Origin: a virus
Taxonomy: Duplodnaviria; Caudoviricetes
Virus record (IMG/VR): IMGVR_UViG_3300036770_007473
Coordinates: 1-56,358 of that record
DNA: 56,358 nt
Reading direction: 5' to 3' (one strand)
The notes under the pieces are model-generated. The model ran no database searches. It saw only the letters and a list, made by a program, of their open reading frames with translations, and was not told the origin of the DNA. The translations under genes and the position numbers were made by a program. How positions within the stretch are numbered: the stretch's first letter is position 1; each line of letters begins with the position of its first letter. Shown in pieces: positions 18,093-28,056 of this stretch.

Positions 18093-18099
18093 GACATAT

Positions 18100-18534
18100 T
18101 TAGTCTGGCAGTACCACAAACCAGGTATTGATGTCTGATCCCTGAGCAATCATGCAAGGTTGCACTCCGAGATCTTCGTCTAGCCCTGTGTGCATGGGCA
18201 CACCCTGGCAATCTTGTATCAATGCGCCCACAGGATCCTGGTTGATTTCCAGGGCGCCTGGCTGATCTACCGTGAAATCAAATTGCCAATAGCGTTGGCC
18301 ATCATGCTGCGTGATTTCTGGCCGAGAGATTTCTGTGGGCAGAGTGCGAAGGCTCATTACCGCATTCATGGTTTCCCAATTACGTTGCTTGTTACGACTA
18401 TGATGCCAGGACTGTTCATCGCAGATGTCATCGCCGGCATCGTCCTGGAACGGAATCCTTGCTCTGTTGAAGTGATTCTTGACTCCGGTGGCAGTGATAT
18501 CAAAGCGGGTGCAACATCTGATGCGTTGTGTCAT
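18100..18534 (-). CDS. hypothetical protein
   Basis: 144 aa; TRFDITATG and QRNWET; ATGA overlap. Confidence 0.75.
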   Translation of the reverse strand: MTQRIRCCTRFDITATGVKNHFNRARIPFQDDAGDDICDEQSWHHSRNKQRNWETMNAVMSLRTLPTEISRPEITQHDGQRYWQFDFTVDQPGALEINQDPVGALIQDCQGVPMHTGLDEDLGVQPCMIAQGSDINTWFVVLPD

Positions 18535-19157
18535 TGTGCTAGCCTCACCCGACTGTTGAAACTCAGTACGAAACGTTCACGGCTGCCACGGTAGGGCAAG
18601 GCAGAATGCTGTATACAACTAGGGAATACCACCATCATGCCGGCCTGTGCGTTTATGTCAATGGTATTGTTCACTGTCATCCAGGCCGTACCGGCGTCAG
18701 TATAGGCAGTATCGTAGGGGCGGAAAAAACGGTTGATGCCGTTCTTGGAGGCTATGTCCATGTCTCCACAGTCAAGATAATAGATGGCTGACCAACTGCT
18801 GTTCGAATGTATATGTACATCATGATATCCACCATCTCTGGTGATATGACACCAGGATTCATGCAAGTCAACCGTGATGTTGATACCGGCGGGCCAAGCT
18901 GATCCACAGGCGTGCCGGGCCGCTTGGAAAACACAGTCTCGTGCCCAGGCAGTCCAGGCTGTCACAGCCGGTAAATCCTGCTGCACGAAATCAAACCCGC
19001 TTTCGTAGAGTCCTTGTTTGGCATCGGGTGCCACGCCACTGTGATGCTGCTGCTGTTCGAGATCTCGGCACAGTTGTCGCAGTTCGTCTTGATATCGATC
19101 ATGTTCTGGCCAGGCGTAATAATACATCATCACTGGCCACTGTGGTATAGAGTGCAT
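18531..19157 (-). CDS. putative 2OG-Fe(II) oxygenase (TIGR02466-like)
   Basis: SWCH...YHDVHIHSNSSWSAIYY; GMMVVFPSCIQHS; RFVLSFN. Confidence 0.82.
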   Translation of the reverse strand: MHSIPQWPVMMYYYAWPEHDRYQDELRQLCRDLEQQQHHSGVAPDAKQGLYESGFDFVQQDLPAVTAWTAWARDCVFQAARHACGSAWPAGINITVDLHESWCHITRDGGYHDVHIHSNSSWSAIYYLDCGDMDIASKNGINRFFRPYDTAYTDAGTAWMTVNNTIDINAQAGMMVVFPSCIQHSALPYRGSRERFVLSFNSRVRLAQ

Positions 19158-19177
19158 AATAGACATATTTAACGGCC

Positions 19178-19206
19178 AAAAAAAACCCCGGAACAAATCC
19201 GGGGTT
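19178..19206 (-). terminator. intrinsic terminator
   Basis: AACCCCGGA-loop-TCCGGGGTT followed by a T-run. Confidence 0.88.
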
Positions 19207-19225
19207 GTTTGAGTTTCTGATCTGA

Positions 19226-19720
19226 TTACGAAGTAGCCAGTTTGAAACCTGTATTGGTGACGTCTGAGCCTGTGACATCCACGCCGGTTGTGACACCGGA
19301 CGAAGAAGTGATCTGCACGTTACCAGCGGTGGAACCGTTGGTGATAGCACGGATCTGGGCCTGCAGCGTGGCAGCTGTATAAGCGCCCGAGGGATAGATC
19401 GCATAAGAGATCTGACCGTTGGCATCACCTTGCACTTGGTACATGGCGATGGTGGCAGTCTGCTGGATGTTCTCGTTGATGATCTGAACGAGACCAGGAT
19501 TGAACACTGTGCCGCCGCCGGAGTAGTTGCCCAGCTGGTCACGCAGGTCGATGGCCTGGTTGGAAGTGTTCTGCACTACCACAGCAAAGAAGTCCAGTTT
19601 GGGACCCTGGGGTTGTACCAGAGCAGCAGTAGCACCGATGTTACCGGTCTGTGAACCGTTTTGGATGTCAAGCGCAAATACTGGTTGAGCATCACCGTTG
19701 AATGGATTGAATACAGCCAT
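19226..19720 (-). CDS. hypothetical, probable abundant virion protein
   Basis: Own TAAATA promoter, AAGGAG RBS and terminator; N/T/G/Q-rich. Confidence 0.75.
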   Translation of the reverse strand: MAVFNPFNGDAQPVFALDIQNGSQTGNIGATAALVQPQGPKLDFFAVVVQNTSNQAIDLRDQLGNYSGGGTVFNPGLVQIINENIQQTATIAMYQVQGDANGQISYAIYPSGAYTAATLQAQIRAITNGSTAGNVQITSSSGVTTGVDVTGSDVTNTGFKLATS

Positions 19721-19790
19721 TTTGTTTCTCCTTGGTTAAGTGGGCCGCAGCCCTACTGTTATTTACCAAAAGGATCAAAAAAGTCCTGCG

Positions 19791-21638
19791 CTAGGCTAGA
19801 TCTGGATTGTTTCGGGCAAAGTTGGCGGCACTGAATCTCATGCGATCCACAAACTTCATGCCCTGGCCCACATAGCCTTCGTGTCCGGGCTCGTCGTTGA
19901 TCGAAGCCTCAACATCCAGGGCCTGCGTATCTAATTGGCGCACCAAGTCATTCTTGAGGCTAGATATCTCGAGGAATGCCTGGAAAACCGCGGCCACGGC
20001 CTGCTTGTTCTCTGTGGCCCACTCAAATATTCTGGGTGCCTTGGTTGGTGCCTTCTGCTGTGCCCACTCGCCAAATCCGGCCACGAGGTTTGAATAATCC
20101 CGCGCACGCACCCGGCTGTTGAGATACTGCTTGATCAGCTGCGGCAGATCGGTGATTTTACGGGCGCGTAGTTCTGCAGGGTCGAACAGTCGATCTATGG
20201 CTGATCCGTACTGCGTGATGATCTTTTCCACGTCTTGCACCACTTGAGGTTTGAGTTGGATGGTACGAGGTTCGCGCAGGCTGGGATCCAGGATCAAGAG
20301 GCCGGGACTGTCTGCGAGAGCGGCCGCACGTATGGGTGTGGCCGGAGCACCCGGTTCGCTGAGTGCAGTATGGATCACCACCCCTACTTCGCTGTCTGCG
20401 ATCCTTTGGCCCAGCTCCGAATCCACCGGTACTCGATACTTCACGGTATTGGGTGTGAACTCATAGGCACCCGACTGCACGGGAGGTCGATTCACGAACA
20501 GCAGATCACCCTGGATGTAGCCACGGAAATCCTGCGGAACTGCACGTCTCAACATAGGAAACAGTTTTTTGTAGATGGCCACCAGTTCGCCGCGCTCACC
20601 GCCACGCTGTGCCATGATCCGCTCGATCTGTTCGGGTGATGTGGCCAGGCCATCGTATCCACGGGCCAGAAATCCTGACTTGTCTGTGAGCACAAACTCA
20701 CCCGTGGGTTTGCGGCCAAATATGATGGCGGGTTTTCCGTCCCATTTTACAGTGGTGGTCTCGGGTGCCTTGGCCGCTGCCAAGATGCCCTGCAGAGCTT
20801 GACGCAGTCCTCGGCTGCCGGCATCCAAGACCATGTCTTCGGGATGTTCTATGCGCACACCTTCGAATATGGGCTGCATGCCCTGATTCACGATGCGATC
20901 ACGCAGACGCGCCATCCAGTTCACATCGGTGTAGCCAATGCTTTCGTCCAAGGGCGTGCCTGCACGCTGCATGTGATCGCGGAAGTCGGCCAGTTTGTCA
21001 TCTCGCTTGGGGTCGTTCTTCAGAGCAACCAGGATGCGTTCCACGGACGCGAGATCTTCTCGCGTGGCTGCTGGATTCAACAGCATCTTAGCGATGGCAT
21101 CTGGATCATCCGAGATCAAGTCATTGGTCTCACGATTCGCGATGCCCGAAATTTGATTCAGTTTGTAGCCCATGCTCTTGGCCATTGAGTTGATCAGGAT
21201 GTTGCGTGTGGCACCTTTGTACTGAGATTCCGGATCGCCGCGCAGGATCCATTTCGAAAACTCCGGCTTGGGCAGGAACATGAAATCAGTTTGCACGAAT
21301 CCTCGACCTTGCCGTCCGCCGATGGGCGTGAGCAAGTGCACCGCTGTGCCGCTTTTGCGCACCCATTCGCGAGAATCTTGACCGGATCGCTGTATCTGTT
21401 GGGTCAATTGTTGGTAGAACTGTTCTTTGTCTGTCTTGGTGCTGTCTACTGCCAGATCAAGATCACCCGATGTGGCTTTGAGTCCTGTGCTGCCCAGCAT
21501 GTTGTCCAGCAAAGGCAAGCCGGTCAGACCTTCCAGCCACTGAACCGTGGGCTCTATGTCAGCGAGATTGATGCGCTGGGTTTTGGAATTGCCATCAGCA
21601 TCCTTGAATACGTTGCCACCTTCGTTCAGTATCATCAC
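19791..21638 (-). CDS. Pol-beta-type nucleotidyltransferase fused to ligase-like (KxDG, DUF6267-like) domain
   Basis: GSTG...SGDLDLAVD and QTDFM in the N-half; RIEHPED, KWDG, QGDLLF, EGYV, MKFV in the C-half. Confidence 0.7.
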   Translation of the reverse strand: MMILNEGGNVFKDADGNSKTQRINLADIEPTVQWLEGLTGLPLLDNMLGSTGLKATSGDLDLAVDSTKTDKEQFYQQLTQQIQRSGQDSREWVRKSGTAVHLLTPIGGRQGRGFVQTDFMFLPKPEFSKWILRGDPESQYKGATRNILINSMAKSMGYKLNQISGIANRETNDLISDDPDAIAKMLLNPAATREDLASVERILVALKNDPKRDDKLADFRDHMQRAGTPLDESIGYTDVNWMARLRDRIVNQGMQPIFEGVRIEHPEDMVLDAGSRGLRQALQGILAAAKAPETTTVKWDGKPAIIFGRKPTGEFVLTDKSGFLARGYDGLATSPEQIERIMAQRGGERGELVAIYKKLFPMLRRAVPQDFRGYIQGDLLFVNRPPVQSGAYEFTPNTVKYRVPVDSELGQRIADSEVGVVIHTALSEPGAPATPIRAAALADSPGLLILDPSLREPRTIQLKPQVVQDVEKIITQYGSAIDRLFDPAELRARKITDLPQLIKQYLNSRVRARDYSNLVAGFGEWAQQKAPTKAPRIFEWATENKQAVAAVFQAFLEISSLKNDLVRQLDTQALDVEASINDEPGHEGYVGQGMKFVDRMRFSAANFARNNPDLA

Positions 21639-22327
21639 ACCCGGAATCCAAAATATTTCAACACAGCATCGGCGATGGGATTGCGTGTGCTGCCGGCCAC
21701 CAAAGGTTGATTGGCATTGAGAGCCGTCAACCCCTTGGCGATGATTCCTGCTTGGGTTTGACTCACACCTGTTCGATCTAACATCTGCTGCACGGCAGCC
21801 GTGGCCTGGCTGAGGTTGGCTGGTGCAGCGGCGGGCTGTTGTGTGTTTTTTGCAGCGGGTTGGTTGGGCGAAGCCTGTGGTTGTTGCACTCGGGCAGTGG
21901 CAGAAAGATCTACCAAGCGATCAAAATACTGCTTGGCCGACGCAGGATCACCACGCATGTAGTAACTGGCCACGGCACGCATGTTCTGTTCTAGGTCATT
22001 CTTGACCGTGAGTGCGTTGTAATCTTGATACCTGTTCAGGAGGTTATTCTGCACATAGTCTCGCAGTTCGTCCTGGAACAGGGCCTGATCTACCTGGCCT
22101 TTCTTGGCAGCACCTATCTGGTACCACTTGGCCACCCAGTTGTCCCAGGCCGCTTTGCTGATCTTTTCCAGGGCGGCATCATTCTGTATGGCTTTTACAC
22201 GCTGGGCCGGTGTCATGGCAGCCATGGCAGGATCTTTGCTGGCTGCGCCAAAACGAGCGGACCATTGGTCTAGTAGACCTTCTTTCAAAGGTTCGCTGTC
22301 GTGCAATGTTATCTCATGTATCTGCAT
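21635..22327 (-). CDS. hypothetical protein
   Basis: 230 aa beginning MQIHEI; GGAG-like RBS; Q/A/P-rich linker. Confidence 0.75.
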   Translation of the reverse strand: MQIHEITLHDSEPLKEGLLDQWSARFGAASKDPAMAAMTPAQRVKAIQNDAALEKISKAAWDNWVAKWYQIGAAKKGQVDQALFQDELRDYVQNNLLNRYQDYNALTVKNDLEQNMRAVASYYMRGDPASAKQYFDRLVDLSATARVQQPQASPNQPAAKNTQQPAAAPANLSQATAAVQQMLDRTGVSQTQAGIIAKGLTALNANQPLVAGSTRNPIADAVLKYFGFRV

Positions 22328-22574
22328 CTGTTCTTCTCACTGTGCGGGTAAATTTTGCCGGATCTTTGGTGCGTATGGCGTTCAGCAGTTTGCGCACTAG
22401 ATTTTCTGCCTGCTCCGGAGCATAGGCGGACTCTATCTGTTCTACCAGCCGCACAGCCGACGCGATCACGTTGGAGGCGCGGCTCTCGATGAAGTATCGC
22501 CGATCCAGGTCAGCATACTTTTCTGTGTGTATTGCGTCTAGTTCTTCTAATATGCTGCGGGTACGTTTTTGCAT
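22314..22574 (-). CDS. hypothetical protein
   Basis: 86 aa MQKRTRSILEELD; TAAATA upstream. Confidence 0.75.
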   Translation of the reverse strand: MQKRTRSILEELDAIHTEKYADLDRRYFIESRASNVIASAVRLVEQIESAYAPEQAENLVRKLLNAIRTKDPAKFTRTVRRTDADT

Positions 22575-22639
22575 CGAATCAAGACCTTTTTGTTATTTAT
22601 TTGTTTTTAGAGATATTGCACAATGTAAATATACCTAGA

Positions 22640-23689
22640 ATGCAACAACGAATAATTTCAAGCCATAGCCAATGGCAATCTTTGCAAGAAGTCTGGATAG
22701 GAGGAACGTATCCTGCAGACTTTTACCAACATCTTGGTACCCAGTCCCATGATCTTTTTTCTAAAATCACCGAGATCACTGAGAAGGATTTTGACAGATT
22801 AGCCAAGATACTCACAGATCTCGGAGTAACTGTGGTTCGTCCCTGTTTTGATAGGGTGGACGATTATCTGGATGAACAGGACAATCTCCTGAAACCGCCG
22901 GTGAGTCCTTGCGATATAGCCTTGACACTAGGCGATAACCTGCTGATCATGCCGCAATATCCATCGGGCGTTAATCCATATCAATCAGCCATAGACGCTT
23001 ATTTACTGTGCGACCAAAAAATACATGTCATTGACCGTTCTACTCCCGAGCCATGGGCCTGGATAGTGTTCGCTAGCATGGTGAGATCTGGCAGAGACAT
23101 CTTGATTGATTATATTCCGTCGATTCCAGAATCAAAAAACAATGCATTGCAAGTGGCGCAGGATCTCGCACAGCATTATCGTGTTCATCTCAGTGGTACA
23201 GGGGATCACAACGACGGTGTATTTTGTCCCATCAAACCCGGACACATTTTTAGTTCTCATTATAGAGATATCTACGACCAGAGTTTTCCAGGATGGTCGG
23301 TTTTTCATCTACCCGATACTACACACACAAACATCCAACAACTCGGTACGCATCGCAAATGGTATATCCCCGGAATAGATTATGGGCATTTCAATCAAAA
23401 TATCTTGGATGTAGCCGAGACTTGGTTAGGTGATCCCCGAGAAACAGTGTTTGAAGTCAATATGTTGGTAGTCGATGACCAAAATATTGTGTGCGGAGCT
23501 TATCACGCAGAGGCCTTCCGTTATTTCGAGTCCATTGGCATGACTCCCCATCTGGTAGATTTCCAGTCTAGGTACTTCTGGGATGCTGGCATACATTGCC
23601 TTACCAGTGACATACATCGCAGCGGGCCATGCGAAGATTATTGGCCAGATCGTGGCGCCAATGGTATATACCATATAACCGAATGGTAA
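22640..23689 (+). CDS. amidinotransferase (pentein superfamily)
   Basis: SQWQSLQEVWIG, GVTVVRP, PCD, HNDG, VNMLVVD, WDAGIHCLT (candidate Asp/His/Cys triad); start moved to ATG 22640. Confidence 0.82.
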   Translation: MQQRIISSHSQWQSLQEVWIGGTYPADFYQHLGTQSHDLFSKITEITEKDFDRLAKILTDLGVTVVRPCFDRVDDYLDEQDNLLKPPVSPCDIALTLGDNLLIMPQYPSGVNPYQSAIDAYLLCDQKIHVIDRSTPEPWAWIVFASMVRSGRDILIDYIPSIPESKNNALQVAQDLAQHYRVHLSGTGDHNDGVFCPIKPGHIFSSHYRDIYDQSFPGWSVFHLPDTTHTNIQQLGTHRKWYIPGIDYGHFNQNILDVAETWLGDPRETVFEVNMLVVDDQNIVCGAYHAEAFRYFESIGMTPHLVDFQSRYFWDAGIHCLTSDIHRSGPCEDYWPDRGANGIYHITEW

Positions 23690-23693
23690 TTTG

Positions 23694-24161
23694 ATGCATG
23701 AATGTATAAAAGTGAAGATAGTGCTGACAGCAGAATTCTGGGATCTTTTTCCAATGATTGATTTAATCATTGATGGAATCACAGTTTCACAGCATATTAT
23801 CGATCAAAAAAAATATACAATCGAGGACACGGTTGACCTGGCAATGGATCAACCTCATCTACTCCAGATACGTCGAAAAAACAAATCAGACGATCAATGC
23901 ATGATAGTTGATGGAGAAAAAAAAGATCAATACGTTATCATCGATGAGGTGGTAATCGATGGTATAGACGTGCAAAATTTAATATGGGATCGATGCTGGT
24001 ATGAACCAGAGTATCCAGAGATCTGGGCCGACCAACAAAAAAAAGCCGGCGTGGTGCTTGAATCAAAAGTGATAGGCGAAACATGGTTATCCCACAATGG
24101 TATCTGGAATTTTGAATTTTCAAGCCCTTTTTATAAGTTCGTTATCAGACAATTTGGGTAA
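23694..24161 (+). CDS. hypothetical protein
   Basis: ~155 aa, beta-rich; in the plus-strand operon. Confidence 0.7.
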   Translation: MHECIKVKIVLTAEFWDLFPMIDLIIDGITVSQHIIDQKKYTIEDTVDLAMDQPHLLQIRRKNKSDDQCMIVDGEKKDQYVIIDEVVIDGIDVQNLIWDRCWYEPEYPEIWADQQKKAGVVLESKVIGETWLSHNGIWNFEFSSPFYKFVIRQFG

Positions 24162-24165
24162 TATT

Positions 24166-24999
24166 ATGAGTTGGCAAAAGAAAAACATCACTGAAAAATT
24201 ATGTCCTATCACAGATTATCGCATGAAGTGTTTAAGGGAATCATGGTATCATGGATCTCAGACACAAAAATCCTACAAAGAATTTACAGAAAAAGCCTCT
24301 GAGTGGTTTGGTAGCAGCCGGGTCAATGATCTCCAAGGATGGACATCTCTGCCTTGTATAGATGTGACCATGGGTTGTACACATTACATCGAAAATTTCA
24401 TTCTAAGTCAAGGATGGCATGGATTCCAAATACTCAAAAACGAATATGCTTATTACACACTGATGGGCAAACACGGGGTCGAGATAGATCAACTCGAAAC
24501 CAATAAACCACTGATCATAACTATGCCACATTGGCAATTTTGCGATCTCAGGCCAGAATGGACCGACTTGTTAAAAATCTGCGAACAACGAAACATAGAC
24601 ATACACATCGACATGGCTTGGATCATAACCGCCAAAGACATCTCGATTGATTTTTCTCATCCCTGTATCAAAAGCGTAGGGATGAGTCTAAGCAAATTAA
24701 ACTTGCAATGGAGCCGTGTCGGGTTGAGATTCAGCCGGCAGAAAACCATGGATTCAATCACGATATTCAATGATTATTATCAAGATACCAACACTGTACT
24801 GACTTCTATCGGAGCATATTGGATTGATAATTTCGACCGTGATTACCTATGGAATACCTACGGTCAGGATCATCAAAATCTATGCCAGTCTCTAGACCTG
24901 ATTCCTACCAAGATCATACACGTGGCCCAAGATCTTCAGACTAATAAATCACTGGGCATCGGGCGTATGCTTGGGCAATCTGCTCCAGACAGCATATAG
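24166..24999 (+). CDS. PLP-dependent transferase-like protein (fold type I, truncated)
   Basis: GCT, HIDMAW (DxA), SLSK (Schiff-base Lys position), RVG. Confidence 0.65.
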   Translation: MSWQKKNITEKLCPITDYRMKCLRESWYHGSQTQKSYKEFTEKASEWFGSSRVNDLQGWTSLPCIDVTMGCTHYIENFILSQGWHGFQILKNEYAYYTLMGKHGVEIDQLETNKPLIITMPHWQFCDLRPEWTDLLKICEQRNIDIHIDMAWIITAKDISIDFSHPCIKSVGMSLSKLNLQWSRVGLRFSRQKTMDSITIFNDYYQDTNTVLTSIGAYWIDNFDRDYLWNTYGQDHQNLCQSLDLIPTKIIHVAQDLQTNKSLGIGRMLGQSAPDSI

Positions 25000-25560
25000 G
25001 CTGTACCTGATGATTCCTTCGGGGATGATATTTTGTGTGCGGTGAGGCATCTTGTTATCTCCGGTATGCAGAACCATGTACCCAGAATTATGATTGCTGG
25101 ATATCAACAAGGGCTCTTCCTCTGATATAAAAACAGTTCCTAATCCAGCATTGACATAGAGATAGATTTGCACAGCAACATCAATGTCAGCATTGTCAGT
25201 ATGCCAACCAAGTTCGTACCCTGGTAGATCTTTCCAGACAGATACGCCCCAAAAATTTTTGGGTGGTCCTGAAAAAATTCGATTTATTTTTGGAGTGACT
25301 GCATTGAAAATCTCGTGCAATTCTTCGATGACAGTATCCGGATCCCAGGATATCCTAAATCTCGGTCTGGATTCTTGCTTTTCTACCTTCTGCCAGAAAT
25401 GATCTGGCACCGATGAAACGTATTGCCATAATTTTTCTAGGACCGTTGCATCTAATGCGTCGGATATCACAAAAAGATTTTCTGCGTTGGTGTTTATTTT
25501 AGTGTCGAGAGATTTGCTTAGATGTATTTGATTGGTATCAATGAGACGTTGATCGATCAT
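24949..25560 (-). CDS. putative 2OG-Fe(II) oxygenase
   Basis: WKDLPGYELGWHTD (HxD), distal His in MPHR, RYSLY; start placed 5 nt after TAAATA. Confidence 0.7.
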   Translation of the reverse strand: MIDQRLIDTNQIHLSKSLDTKINTNAENLFVISDALDATVLEKLWQYVSSVPDHFWQKVEKQESRPRFRISWDPDTVIEELHEIFNAVTPKINRIFSGPPKNFWGVSVWKDLPGYELGWHTDNADIDVAVQIYLYVNAGLGTVFISEEEPLLISSNHNSGYMVLHTGDNKMPHRTQNIIPEGIIRYSLYAVWSRLPKHTPDAQ

Positions 25561-25641
25561 ACCAATATTTAACATCCGACATAGATCACAGTAAATATCG
25601 CACAGGTACACAGAGCCAATATCAAAGCGATTTCTGTACAA

Positions 25642-26652
25642 TCACATCTGGCAGACTAGTCTCATGCACTCCCTGGCGTGCGCTTGATATTCAGTGGGTA
25701 AATTATCTATCTGCTGCCGACAGTATTCTAAGAGTGTACCAGACAGCAGCAGATCCCTGTTGTGTCTAAGCCTATCAACCGCCTCGAGTCGCAGAGACTT
25801 GACTCTATCAAGATCACGGAGTAGACGGTGATTGAGATGCAGAGCATACCAGCAGCGTTCCAACACAGTGGACTTGAATTGATATCCGTGATCAATGACA
25901 TCATCAAATATATCAAATCCAAACTGCCTCCAGGTCTCAGCCTGCGCATAACCGCCTACCCAGATTGGAAAATTCAAAGCCAATACGGAAAACACAGTTT
26001 TTTCAGTGAAGATAGATTCAGCAGCGGGCACATAGGTTTCATTGATCAAATTGATACCCGATCTCATGAACATAGATCCCAGCCCTTCATACCAACCTGC
26101 ACGGTGTCCTTTGTGCAGCATATGAGAATCGTCCACTAAGCGTGGTTGGCCGATTACCTTTGCTGGCATCACGATGGGCGATAAAATTTCATTTTTTTGA
26201 TCAGCAGTGAGTGGACACTGCGAACCCAATGCGTCCATTTCAGCAATGATCGCCGACATATCCGTGGAACGACCTAGTCCACTCCAGGTATATTCAAAAT
26301 CGGATAACCCCAGCATTTCCGTCATGCGCAGACACAATGATCTAGTCAAGGTTTTTTTGTTGGCCATGATGCAAAACGCCCGATCGGTATCGAGGGCACA
26401 GTCATCGAAATCACTGACTTGCCACCACGTGCTGGCTTTGAGCGCGAACAAAGGTAGAAAAATACCCTGGATATCCTCAGGCAACGTTTGCTTGACGGTC
26501 ATATGGTCGTTCAAGATCACTGCTGGTTTGCCCCACCTGGTGATGATGTGCTCCACATCCTGAGTGGTGAAGGTATCATACAGATGCAAAAAACATTGTG
26601 TCAAATCCTGATTTTCTTGGAAAGCATTGGTAAGGCTGGAATAGAATTTCAT
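25642..26652 (-). CDS. hypothetical glycosyltransferase-like protein (ET...EKT family)
   Basis: INET...FTEKTV...GFDIFDDVIDHGY. Confidence 0.55.
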   Translation of the reverse strand: MKFYSSLTNAFQENQDLTQCFLHLYDTFTTQDVEHIITRWGKPAVILNDHMTVKQTLPEDIQGIFLPLFALKASTWWQVSDFDDCALDTDRAFCIMANKKTLTRSLCLRMTEMLGLSDFEYTWSGLGRSTDMSAIIAEMDALGSQCPLTADQKNEILSPIVMPAKVIGQPRLVDDSHMLHKGHRAGWYEGLGSMFMRSGINLINETYVPAAESIFTEKTVFSVLALNFPIWVGGYAQAETWRQFGFDIFDDVIDHGYQFKSTVLERCWYALHLNHRLLRDLDRVKSLRLEAVDRLRHNRDLLLSGTLLEYCRQQIDNLPTEYQAHARECMRLVCQM

Positions 26653-28055
26653 GACTGGCGTATCTGTCCTAATAACTGTTTGAGTTTGTTTGACTGTACT
26701 TCTGCTGTGATCCGGCCAGGCTCGTCGGCCACAGTGGCATTGGGTTCATTATCGCTCAGTGTAGATTTGGCCTTGATAGATTCATAGATCGACGGTGCAC
26801 GCTTCTTGAACTCCTGATATCCCTCGTCCTGTGCAAGATCTCGAATCCTGAGGCTTTCGATATCAAATTCCAGTTCCACCTTTTGACCCACACCGCTGGA
26901 ACTCCTGGTCTTCATCAACTGTAGTTGATAGCGTCCGCGCTCGCGCATGGCGCGCGATGTGAAGATGCCAAACACATTGTCTGCTGTGTTGATCTTGGAA
27001 ATACCCCCGGATATGTGACTATGATCGAACTCAATCTCTTCCACCGCGGCACGATTCAATTGACTCGCTGTCACGAACAACACATTGAGTTCTTTGGCCA
27101 GATTGCGCAATTCTTCACTCACATATTTGTCTTTCACGAACAAGTCATTGGGACTGACCTTGGCTGACACCGGCATCAGCAAATCAAGATAGTCGATGCA
27201 CAGGAAATCCGTTTTGACCTTGGTCTGTATTTCCAGTTCTTTGAGATAAGCCCGGATGTCGTTCACAGTCGACTGTGCTGGCATATACTTCACCCGCAGC
27301 CGGCCTGCTTTCTTGGCCATCATTTTCACCTTCATCTCTACGGTGTCAATGTCCTTAAAGATATCTTTGGCCGCTGTATTGGTCATCATTGAATCTATGC
27401 GATAGGAGCACAGGCCTTCGCTCAGTTCCAGCGTGATATACACGCCACTGAGCCCGGCCTGTACCCAGTTCACCGCAAGATTCTGCATGAACAGGCTCTT
27501 GCCTGAGCCTGATCCACCTGCGAAGATCTGCAGTTCGCCGCGATTGAATCCACCGTACAGGAGCTTGTCCAGAGCAGGCCAGCCTGTAGAGTTCTGTCCG
27601 TTGTTGCTCTTCAAGGCCATGAGTCGCGCACGCGGATCATCAAAGTAGTCTGTGCCCATGTCCTTGGTGAGAGAAATCTGTACCGCATCCTTGATCAGTT
27701 TCTCCACAGGGTCAAAATTGCCCTTCTCCAGGAGATCCGCTGATTTCAGGATCGCACGTTCCAGTTCTTGTCTACGGGTGAACGCTTCAAACTCTTCCAG
27801 GAACCAGTCAAAATGTCCTTCATTGAGATCAGGTACTGCAGCCAGTTTCACACCCGTAGTGGCTGAGATCTGCGCCCGGTCCGGCATGGTCTTGTGTTCA
27901 TCGCAGTGTGTTTTTATGAATTCTGCAGCAGTCCGTAGGCTGCGATCAAAGTTGTCCGGATTGAAGATGTTCTGCACTCGCACATAACTCTGTGCATCCT
28001 CCAACATCATCTCCAGGAACAATCTTTGTACGTCGATACTGTAGTCTTTTATCAT
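26649..28055 (-). CDS. replicative DnaB-like helicase (T4 gp41-like)
   Basis: GGSGSGKS Walker A, ITLELSE, IDYLDL, TASQLNR, KTR. Confidence 0.93.
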   Translation of the reverse strand: MIKDYSIDVQRLFLEMMLEDAQSYVRVQNIFNPDNFDRSLRTAAEFIKTHCDEHKTMPDRAQISATTGVKLAAVPDLNEGHFDWFLEEFEAFTRRQELERAILKSADLLEKGNFDPVEKLIKDAVQISLTKDMGTDYFDDPRARLMALKSNNGQNSTGWPALDKLLYGGFNRGELQIFAGGSGSGKSLFMQNLAVNWVQAGLSGVYITLELSEGLCSYRIDSMMTNTAAKDIFKDIDTVEMKVKMMAKKAGRLRVKYMPAQSTVNDIRAYLKELEIQTKVKTDFLCIDYLDLLMPVSAKVSPNDLFVKDKYVSEELRNLAKELNVLFVTASQLNRAAVEEIEFDHSHISGGISKINTADNVFGIFTSRAMRERGRYQLQLMKTRSSSGVGQKVELEFDIESLRIRDLAQDEGYQEFKKRAPSIYESIKAKSTLSDNEPNATVADEPGRITAEVQSNKLKQLLGQIRQS

Positions 28056-28056
28056 G

